DNA of 17,543 nucleotides from Promethearchaeota archaeon (GTDB lineage Archaea; Asgardarchaeota; Lokiarchaeia; Sigyniarchaeales; SOKP01): NCBI GenBank assembly GCA_016930515.1, contig JAFGGO010000147.1, positions 1 to 17,543 of the forward strand, read 5' to 3'. Shown piece by piece: positions 7,255 to 14,727 of this stretch (position 1 is its first letter; each line of letters starts with the position of its first letter). The notes under the pieces were generated by a model. It saw only the letters and a program-made list of their open reading frames with translations, ran no database searches and was not told where the DNA came from. The position numbers and the translations under genes were made by a program.

Positions 7255-8013
7255 CTATTTTAATTGTTTATATCTTTGGGTTCTTTTTAGCGATTTCATC
7301 CGGTTCAATTCGTTCATCATTTCCGTTCTTAAACCTCCTGCTGGAGCGTTTAATTGGTTTAATTGAGGTACTATCGGACTTTCTTCAAAATTGACCAGAC
7401 TTGGACTTCCTGACGATTGAGGTAATTCAAAAATCGCAAAACTCAATTCCACATTATCGTAAGAGAAACCCGTCTGGTTATCAACGATGATAAATCCTTC
7501 GATATCGGCTTTTTTATTGTTGTCATCAATATTTACTTGGAGAGATGTTTGCCATTTAATTCTAATGTCTTGCACAAAATATTGGATCTTTACTATCACT
7601 TCGCTTTCTTTTTGAGCGTTAATCACAAAATCGAATATCCCGTTCATATCGTTGAAAGTCCGGTAAGAACTGGCTTCGCAAATATTTGAGATCTTTTCTC
7701 TCATTTCCCGCGTGAAATCAATTGAATACGATATGATACTGTTAGCCGCCGATTTTTCCCGATCTATTACTTGCTGTGAATTGTTTCGATCGGGCAATGA
7801 CACGATGGTTTGTTGTAACGAAATCGCTTGCTTGTCTTCTGGAATCAAATGCTCAAGTAGGATCTCGGCAGAGTTTGGATCGAAACTTGCGGGGACGTTT
7901 TGAATATGAAAGTGATTAGCTCCTTGTTGCAAGCTTAACTTCATCTCTCGTTTTACGATCGCTCCACCAGCGTTAAAAATTATTACTTCCTTTACATTAG
8001 GATTAATCGACAT
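7255..8013 (-). CDS. DUF4140 plus N-terminal part of DUF4139, paralog A
   Basis: VIIFNAGGAIVKREMKLSLQQGANHFHIQNVPASFDPNS and YFVQDIRIKWQTSLQV...VDNQTGFSYDNVELSF. No signal peptide. Confidence 0.75.
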   Translation of the reverse strand: MSINPNVKEVIIFNAGGAIVKREMKLSLQQGANHFHIQNVPASFDPNSAEILLEHLIPEDKQAISLQQTIVSLPDRNNSQQVIDREKSAANSIISYSIDFTREMREKISNICEASSYRTFNDMNGIFDFVINAQKESEVIVKIQYFVQDIRIKWQTSLQVNIDDNNKKADIEGFIIVDNQTGFSYDNVELSFAIFELPQSSGSPSLVNFEESPIVPQLNQLNAPAGGLRTEMMNELNRMKSLKRTQRYKQLK

Positions 8014-8227
8014 TATGTTTAATTTTCAATTTTTTATTATTATATGGATTATAGAACAACATCAATTTAAGATCTTTTAAGAATATTTTTAGAAATAAAA
8101 ATCTCAAAAATGATTTCTAGTGAAAGTCTTTAATAGGCATTCATAATATTATAAATAAAATTTAGATTGAATTTTTAATAATTTTTGGATTAATAAGGTC
8201 ATAACCTTTTTTTCCCGTGATCGTGCC

Positions 8228-9376
8228 ATGAACGATATCAATCAAGAAATATTCGAACAACAAATACCTGAATCTGAGGAAAAATATACAAGAATTCGTT
8301 CTATTGATTTTATCAAGGGTTTTGCGATTAGTTTGATCGTTCTGGGACATTCCACGGCCATTTGGAAACTTCCCGAATTAAATTCGATTTATTCGTTTAT
8401 GTTTCATTATCTTGACGTGTTCGGCTCGTCCTTATTCATATTCCTAAGTTCCCTTTCGGTAGTGTTTTCAGTTCGAAAAAAAACCTTGAAAGTACCAGAA
8501 AAAACATTAAGAAATACCGTATTTACTCGGGGCTTGTTGATAATATTTTTAGGATTTATATATAACCTTCCTAATGCTTATATTGGAACGGCCGAATTTC
8601 CCTTCAGTTTATGGGGTTGGAATATCCTGATGTTCATTGGCTTTGCTCAAATAATCACTTATTACATTATCAAACTCACGAGAGGATTAAGAACCTTGAT
8701 TGGTGTTCTCATTATCTTATTAACTTACATCCTCCAGCCGTTTCTTTATGTAAATAAAAGCAATCCCGTTGTAGGGGTCATTTATTTTATTTTAATATCC
8801 CCTGCACCACACAATCCGTTTTTACCGTTCGTTTCTATCTGCTTTATCTCTTCTGTTTTTGGTGAAATCCTTGTTGAGGCAATGTCCTTGGAATCCTATG
8901 AAGCCCGATTTGACTTATTTCGCAGATTCGTGAGGAACGGTTCTTTTTTCTTGCTTGCAGGGATATTTCTAACTATAATTGATAATCCACCATATTTTAT
9001 CGATGATCAAGGACTTTACTTCCCATTATTCGTTTATAGAGGTTCCCCGTCAAACATTTTTTATTCTATTGGAATGGCTTTAATTCTCATCGGGTGGTTG
9101 TTTTATTACATCGATGTTAGAAAAAAGAACAATATTTTTATAGACATGTTTGTTTTTCTAGGCACTGTATCTCTTAGTTTATTCTTAATTTCGTATATAT
9201 GGTTACCATTATTCACCGTGTATTTCAATATTTTCTCCATTTGGTTCGCTTGGATCGGTTATAACGCCATCCTAGCTTTTTTAATGTATATCTGGCGTCA
9301 TTCATTCTCGGGCAAATACTCTCTCGAGTGGTTAATGGGCCACGCCCTAATAAGGAGAAAAATCAAAAAAGAATGA
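8228..9376 (+). CDS. Polytopic membrane acyltransferase (DUF1624/HGSNAT-like, acyltransferase-3 clan)
   Basis: RIRSIDFIKGFAISLIVLGH, WNILMFIG, NPFLPF, LGTVSLSLF and terminal YSLEWLM, with about 10 TM segments. Confidence 0.75.
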   Translation: MNDINQEIFEQQIPESEEKYTRIRSIDFIKGFAISLIVLGHSTAIWKLPELNSIYSFMFHYLDVFGSSLFIFLSSLSVVFSVRKKTLKVPEKTLRNTVFTRGLLIIFLGFIYNLPNAYIGTAEFPFSLWGWNILMFIGFAQIITYYIIKLTRGLRTLIGVLIILLTYILQPFLYVNKSNPVVGVIYFILISPAPHNPFLPFVSICFISSVFGEILVEAMSLESYEARFDLFRRFVRNGSFFLLAGIFLTIIDNPPYFIDDQGLYFPLFVYRGSPSNIFYSIGMALILIGWLFYYIDVRKKNNIFIDMFVFLGTVSLSLFLISYIWLPLFTVYFNIFSIWFAWIGYNAILAFLMYIWRHSFSGKYSLEWLMGHALIRRKIKKE

Positions 9377-10224
9377 ATTTTAAAGAGAATATTACTATGA
9401 ATATGGATGACTTTAACGAAGTTATTTTTGAAAAAGACGAAAATGGCATTTGCGTTCTGACCATAAACGCACCAGAAAGGAGAAACGCAATGTCTCCAAG
9501 GACATTTTTTGAGATTGGAAAAGTTTTAGATTTTGTTGAAACCGATCAATCCTCAAAGGTTTTAATACTTACAGGTTCAGGAGAAGGCAAGGCATTTTCG
9601 TCTGGAGGATATTTCAACCTTAAAGAACTCACCAAGATACCCAAGGAAATACTCGATCAAATCGACCTAGAAGATTTAGCTCAGAAGCGTTTAGCCTTGA
9701 AGTTCTGGGACTTTCCAAAACCCGTTATAGCAGCTATAAATGGATTAGCACTCGGAGCAGGAATTACAATGCCTTTAATCGGGGCGGATTTAATATACAT
9801 GGCAAACGATCCAGATGTCTTTTTGGGCTTTTACTTCTTGAAAAGAGCCGTCGTGCCAGAATTTGGCTCATCTTTTATTTTACCATTTAGGATTGGATTT
9901 CATAAAACATTTGAGCTACTCTTTTTTGCGCAAAAAATCTCTGCTCAAGAAGCAGAAAAGTTTGGGTTAATTAACAAAGCAATCGCCCCCGAACGATTGA
10001 TGCCTTTTGTAAAAGAGCAAGCACTCAAACTTTTACCACCTCAAACAGCCTTTGGTACGATAATATCTACCAAAACACTCGTTCGAGCCCAATTTCGAGA
10101 AACACTTGTAAAAGCCTTGGATGAGGAAAACGAAAGAATGCTTATAGCAGTAAGAACCAAGGATTTTAGGGAAGCCACACGCTCCTTAGTTGAAAAAAGG
10201 AACCCTCATTTCAAGGGAAAATAA
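9373..10224 (+). CDS. Enoyl-CoA hydratase/isomerase (crotonase) family protein, isomerase-like
   Basis: LTINAPERRNAM, ILTGSG..AFSSGG, FPKPVIAAINGLALGAG, VPEFGSS, SAQEAEKFGLIN, EKRNPHFKGK. ATG 9373 overlaps the upstream stop (ATGA). Confidence 0.92.
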   Translation: MNFKENITMNMDDFNEVIFEKDENGICVLTINAPERRNAMSPRTFFEIGKVLDFVETDQSSKVLILTGSGEGKAFSSGGYFNLKELTKIPKEILDQIDLEDLAQKRLALKFWDFPKPVIAAINGLALGAGITMPLIGADLIYMANDPDVFLGFYFLKRAVVPEFGSSFILPFRIGFHKTFELLFFAQKISAQEAEKFGLINKAIAPERLMPFVKEQALKLLPPQTAFGTIISTKTLVRAQFRETLVKALDEENERMLIAVRTKDFREATRSLVEKRNPHFKGK

Positions 10225-10297
10225 CATGTTTTTAATTAAAATAAAAAAATAAATGATAAAATACCCAAAGACGCTAAATAGGATTATATAATAATAT

Positions 10298-10305
10298 AAA
10301 AAAAA
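10298..10305 (-). terminator. Probable U-tract terminator
   Basis: A8 on + immediately after the stop of the minus-strand gene ending at 10307. Confidence 0.45.
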
Positions 10306-10306
10306 T

Positions 10307-11260
10307 TTAGAAATTTGAATAGATCATGAATTTTTGATCGGAACCGATTGAATAGATCTCGAACTTGGAGCCTTTTTTCGTCGTGCACATCAGTTGTATC
10401 ATAGGAAACAAATATATCTGACTTTGAATCGTTGCGTCCTTATCTTTTTCGTACATTCTATAGTCGCTCTTGGCGTCTCCAATGGTCTTGCTTATTTTCT
10501 TGTTGTAATATCCCAAACTCGCTTCCGCCTTTGATTCAAGTTCTTTAAATTCGGTAAACTTGATTCCCTCGACCTCTTCAATGAGCTGATGGAGGTCTTT
10601 CTCGATTTCCTTTTCGTATTTCGTTTGAGCGCTGCTATGAAGCACGGGAATTCCCGTAACAACGGTTTTAAACGGAACGGGGAGAGTTTGATACTTGTAA
10701 AGGTTCTTGTATCCCTTGCAGTCCTTGCATTGAACTTGTAAATTACCCGATCCATAACATTCAGGACACGAATATTGGAATGTTTTCTTTACTTTTTTCT
10801 GTTCTTCGCCTTCGATGACTTGCCATGTTTCGGTTATCTTCCCTTCCCCCTTGCAAGAGCACCTTTTTTCCGTGTATCCTTTTCCATTACAGGTTTTACA
10901 CGGAACGGGGGAGATTGAATCGAACATTGGCACGCTATCGTTACCGTTCCAGTTGTCCTTATCGATCTTTCCAGCTCCTTTAAAGGAATAAAACTGTACC
11001 TTGCTCAAGCGAGGCGCCATGACCACGGTCTCGTCTTTATTCGAAGAAAGGCCCACGGTTTTCTTAATCGAAAAGTATATGGCCGCTTCTTTCATGTTGT
11101 CCACGACATATTCCGCAGCTGAAATGGCGTCTAAGGAAAAAACCGCTCCTTTGGTTCCAAATTGCTTTTCAAGTTTCTTTCGGTCTTTTCGGGCGGCTGA
11201 ATTCTTCCATTTTTCAAAAATATCGTCCAAATTAGGTGTTTTAATTCTGACATCTGGCAA
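10307..11260 (-). CDS. DnaJ-type Cys-rich zinc-finger protein without J domain, SSUH2-like
   Basis: CKTCNGKG, CSCKGEG, CPECYGSG and CKDCKGYK repeats; no HPD motif. C-terminal domain resembles SSUH2. TTG start with AAGGT upstream. Confidence 0.75.
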   Translation of the reverse strand: MPDVRIKTPNLDDIFEKWKNSAARKDRKKLEKQFGTKGAVFSLDAISAAEYVVDNMKEAAIYFSIKKTVGLSSNKDETVVMAPRLSKVQFYSFKGAGKIDKDNWNGNDSVPMFDSISPVPCKTCNGKGYTEKRCSCKGEGKITETWQVIEGEEQKKVKKTFQYSCPECYGSGNLQVQCKDCKGYKNLYKYQTLPVPFKTVVTGIPVLHSSAQTKYEKEIEKDLHQLIEEVEGIKFTEFKELESKAEASLGYYNKKISKTIGDAKSDYRMYEKDKDATIQSQIYLFPMIQLMCTTKKGSKFEIYSIGSDQKFMIYSNF

Positions 11261-11316
11261 AATAATCTAAACCTTTGTTATATTTTTTATTTTTTTTTGT
11301 AATAAGAAATTATTAA

Positions 11317-11362
11317 CATTGCTAACTATATAAAACTTTAAGCATTGATCGCTATATAAAAC
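11317..11362 (-). promoter_or_regulatory. Duplicated TATA-containing element upstream of the zinc-finger gene
   Basis: CATTGnTnnCTATATAAAAC at 11317-11336 and 11343-11362 (17/20 identical). Reads GTTTTATATAG on the minus strand. Confidence 0.55.
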
Positions 11363-11720
11363 AATCTGGTGCAAGATTGAGACACTTATCATCCAGAAAT
11401 CCCGAATCTTTAAAGAATGAAACAAAAATAAGGATATGTTATACATATCGGACATAAACAATGTTTTGAAAGAATTATTTTTTAAATGAAATCTTTACGA
11501 TGCATAATCAAGATTATTATAGAATATCAGAATAAAGAAATTCTAAAGATTGATTATATAAATGAAAATTGAGAATGATTATTTACTTTCAATAAATAGT
11601 GTTTTTAGATATTAAACTATATACAAAAATAATAAGATTGTTTTTCGATAAACAAATATTAAAATACAAAGACATTGATAAATTACATATAGAACAAAAC
11701 TTGAAAAAACGGGAAAAAAA

Positions 11721-11882
11721 ATGTCAGACGCAGATCGCCAAAGCGCGCAATACCTCTTGGATTGGATTCAACAAGGAGGTGTTGCTCAATGGATAGAGCA
11801 TTTTCTTGCTCAAGGGGACGAGACGAAGTTGAGACAAATTAAAGGGGTTTACGACAAGATAAAACAAGCTTTTGGTTTTTAA
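11721..11882 (+). CDS. Small 53-aa helical hypothetical protein (absent from the ORF track)
   Basis: MSDADRQSAQYLLDWIQQGGVAQWIEHFLAQGDETKLRQIKGVYDKIKQAFGF*. The ORF coincides closely with a higher-GC island inside AT-rich intergenic DNA. GGGA lies upstream of the ATG. Confidence 0.7.
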   Translation: MSDADRQSAQYLLDWIQQGGVAQWIEHFLAQGDETKLRQIKGVYDKIKQAFGF

Positions 11883-12030
11883 AAATATTAAGTGTTGTGT
11901 AACTCTTTTTAACCTCATATTTTCCTTTTGCAAGGTTTACAGCTGAACTTTTTTTAAATAATTTTAATAAAATCAAAAGATTGATTTAATTCGTTATATT
12001 TATTATACCAGAAAGAAACCACCCAAGACC

Positions 12031-14694
12031 GTGCCTTCAAAAAAATATTTCATTGTAATTGACAGGAACAGGGATAGAAAAAAAGAATTGCTCTATAATG
12101 TGAATATGTACTATCTCAAATCGTACAACAAATCCAAATTTACTTTTTCCTTCGTAAGCACCCCATCATTCAAGGGATCCGTGCTTTTTGGTCCCGATAT
12201 GAAAAATAAAATGCGCCCCTTAATGTTTGAAAAAATTTTAAAAGAAGGTGGTGTCGAACCCGTCGATCCAAAAATGTTCAAGAAATTACTACTCGCAAGC
12301 GAAAACCAATTCGTCGCTTTCTCAATGCAATCAATTCAAGAAGAAATAAATCCAATTTTAGAAATGCTTGAGAACCTTCAATTCGAAGGCGAAAAGATAA
12401 AAAAGCTTCCCCTATGCGATTATTGTCTTGATAATCGAAAATTCACGCTTCTTGAGGGTAGAAGTCCCTCAATTCAATACAAGGAGAATTTAATTTGCTC
12501 TGATTGTGCGATACAAATCATTCTTCGTCAAGCAGTTAGTTCTGGATTAATATCACAGAGCAAAATAAGCCCCAAACTGAAAAATTTCTTTAATCACATG
12601 ATTTTAAAATTTAAAAATGTTCAAAAAGTTCTCAACACTCTCAAGACGAATTTCGATCCATCAATAAATCGGGATGTTACCCTTTACGATGTCGAGAAAA
12701 ATCCTCCAATAAGCCAAAAATATCTCGGATACAATGTCGAAGATTTGGATATTCCCCCCCCTCTCAAGGAAGTTCTTGCGAACTCAAAAATAAAATCGTT
12801 GTTACCCATTCAGGCAATGTCCATCGAGAACGGCTTGATAAACGATAGTAAAAACCAATTAATCATGGCGCCCACATCAGGTGGAAAAACCTTGATAGGA
12901 GAACTTTCGGGAATTTCGAAGGTTTTAAAAAATAACCAACAAAAAATGCTCTATTTGGTACCGATTGTTGCGCTTGCAAACATTCGTGCGGGAGAGTTTG
13001 AAAAAAAATATAAGAAACTTAACTTGAAGGTCCTCAAACGAGTAGGCGAATCCATTCTCGATAAAAAGGAGGACGATAATATGGAGGAAATTAAGAACGC
13101 CCATATCGTTATTGCGACATATGAGGCCATCGATTACTTATTACGAAGTGGAAATAAGGGCAAGCTTGGAGAGATTGGGACCGTAATAATTGACGAGATC
13201 CAAACACTCATCGATCCAGAACGTGGATTTTTACTGGATGGATTCATTTCTCGCTTAAAATTAATATACGAGAACGCCCAATTTTTATATTTAAGCGCAA
13301 CAATCGGAGAACCCGCCATTTTAGCATCGAAACTGGGAGTAGTCTTAATAAGATATAATAATAGACCTGTCCCCATCGAAAGGCATTTAATATTAGCATC
13401 AAATGAAATGCAAAAAGAGAAATACATTGCAACCCTTGTCAAATCCGGATTTACAAAAAAATCGAGCTTTGGCTATAAAGGACAATCTATTGTCTTCACG
13501 AACACGAGAAAAAAGTGTGAATCGATCGCAAACAACCTCCGGAACAAGGGCATCAATGTAAGAGCGTATCACAGCGGCTTGACAAACGAAGATAGAAAAA
13601 CAATCGAAAAATTGTTTCAAGAACAGAAGATTGCAGGTGTAGTTGCCACCGCAGCACTAGCAGCGGGTGTTGATCTACCTGCTCAACAAGTAATATTCGA
13701 ATCGCTCGCAATGGGGATCAATTGGCTCACGGTTGCCGAATTCGAACAAATGATTGGAAGGGCAGGAAGGCTAAAAAAACACGAGTTAGGCTTAAGTTAC
13801 TTGTTAGTCCAACCAGAAAAGATCTATTCACCGAAAATGAAACTCACCGAAGAAAACATTGCTATCAAGCTCTTAAAAGGTAAAATAAAAGACTTTGAAC
13901 TTCCACCGAGCGAAGATCGATCAATCACGGAACTATTAGCGTTTGCTTCTACCTTTCATAAGACTAAGAAGGAAGATTTCATTCGATTTTACGATCTTTT
14001 AATTAATAAAGAATATGACTTGGATTCCTTAGTGAAAAAGTTAGAATATAAAAATTTAATCGCCTTAAAGGAAGACGTTACATATAGAACTACTCGATTG
14101 GGCAGGGCAATCTCGAAATCGTTTCTAACCGTTGAAAAAGGCTTTGAGATTGTTGAAATCTTGACTAAATATCAATCAAAGTCACTCTTGGAACTTGCTT
14201 TAGAACTCGAACCCTTGAAAAATGTGTATTTGTCCAGAAGGATGGCGGCTGACCTTTCAAAGGACAGAAGCACGAAGTACCTATCCAACAACTTATTCAC
14301 GGCGAGCACGATGTCATTGCTCAACGCAGAAAACATCCGCAAGAAAAAAACATACTCGCGAGAATTCATTGAAATGGTGCTTAAATGGCACGAGGACATT
14401 TTCACATGTAATTGTAAGGAAAAACCTTATTGCGAGTGTGGACGACTTAATTTTGAAAAATTACTATTGTCCCTGAGAGTCGAAGATGGATTTTCTATTG
14501 ACCAGATTTGCGAGTATCTAATGAACGAATACGAAGTACTCGTTTTTAAAGGCGATCTTACAGATTTTTTGGAAAGCTTGATCTATTCCCTTGAAAGCGT
14601 GTTAGAAATAGCATTGAGCTTAAAAGACTTGAATACAACATATAAATCGGAGATTTCTCAAATTCCTACTCTAATAAAAAAAATAAAACAATAA
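12031..14694 (+). CDS. Archaea-specific Ski2-like SF2 helicase (ASH-Ski2/COG1202, DUF5814-type N-terminus)
   Basis: LLPIQ Q-motif, APTSGGKTLIGE, LVPIVALAN, DEIQ, LSATIG, YHSGL, TAALAAGVDLPA, FESLAMG, QMIGRAGR. N-terminal CDYC..CSDC and C-terminal CNCKEKPYCECG. Confidence 0.9.
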   Translation: MPSKKYFIVIDRNRDRKKELLYNVNMYYLKSYNKSKFTFSFVSTPSFKGSVLFGPDMKNKMRPLMFEKILKEGGVEPVDPKMFKKLLLASENQFVAFSMQSIQEEINPILEMLENLQFEGEKIKKLPLCDYCLDNRKFTLLEGRSPSIQYKENLICSDCAIQIILRQAVSSGLISQSKISPKLKNFFNHMILKFKNVQKVLNTLKTNFDPSINRDVTLYDVEKNPPISQKYLGYNVEDLDIPPPLKEVLANSKIKSLLPIQAMSIENGLINDSKNQLIMAPTSGGKTLIGELSGISKVLKNNQQKMLYLVPIVALANIRAGEFEKKYKKLNLKVLKRVGESILDKKEDDNMEEIKNAHIVIATYEAIDYLLRSGNKGKLGEIGTVIIDEIQTLIDPERGFLLDGFISRLKLIYENAQFLYLSATIGEPAILASKLGVVLIRYNNRPVPIERHLILASNEMQKEKYIATLVKSGFTKKSSFGYKGQSIVFTNTRKKCESIANNLRNKGINVRAYHSGLTNEDRKTIEKLFQEQKIAGVVATAALAAGVDLPAQQVIFESLAMGINWLTVAEFEQMIGRAGRLKKHELGLSYLLVQPEKIYSPKMKLTEENIAIKLLKGKIKDFELPPSEDRSITELLAFASTFHKTKKEDFIRFYDLLINKEYDLDSLVKKLEYKNLIALKEDVTYRTTRLGRAISKSFLTVEKGFEIVEILTKYQSKSLLELALELEPLKNVYLSRRMAADLSKDRSTKYLSNNLFTASTMSLLNAENIRKKKTYSREFIEMVLKWHEDIFTCNCKEKPYCECGRLNFEKLLLSLRVEDGFSIDQICEYLMNEYEVLVFKGDLTDFLESLIYSLESVLEIALSLKDLNTTYKSEISQIPTLIKKIKQ

Positions 14695-14698
14695 CAAT

Positions 14699-14709
14699 AA
14701 AAAAAAAAA
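14699..14709 (-). terminator. Probable U-tract terminator
   Basis: A11 on + in the convergent gap, downstream of the minus-strand gene ending at 14728. Confidence 0.45.
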
Positions 14710-14727
14710 GAAGTAACTATTACTTAT

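Noticed and set aside
6510-8013. DUF4139 pseudogene fragments
   Set aside because: Both paralogs are intact, end at equivalent positions with a shared motif, and show synonymous-biased divergence. The downstream genes have their own SD-like sites.
9328-9372. N-terminal extension of the crotonase from GTG 9328
   Set aside because: It overlaps the conserved end of the upstream gene. ATG 9373 with ATGA coupling is more plausible.
10307-11260. dnaJ chaperone
   Set aside because: No J domain or HPD motif, no G/F region, and no dnaK or grpE nearby.
11775-11850. tRNA gene suggested by GGAGGTG-TT-GCTCAATGGATAGAGCA
   Set aside because: Anticodon stem pairs poorly, there is no T-arm (GTTCRA) and no complementary 3' acceptor strand, and the region reads as a clean ORF.
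11267-11933. Track ORFs 11267-11461, 11599-11796 and 11724-11933
   Set aside because: AT-rich intergenic or shadow frames with no recognisable motifs. The 11721-11882 ORF explains the composition better.
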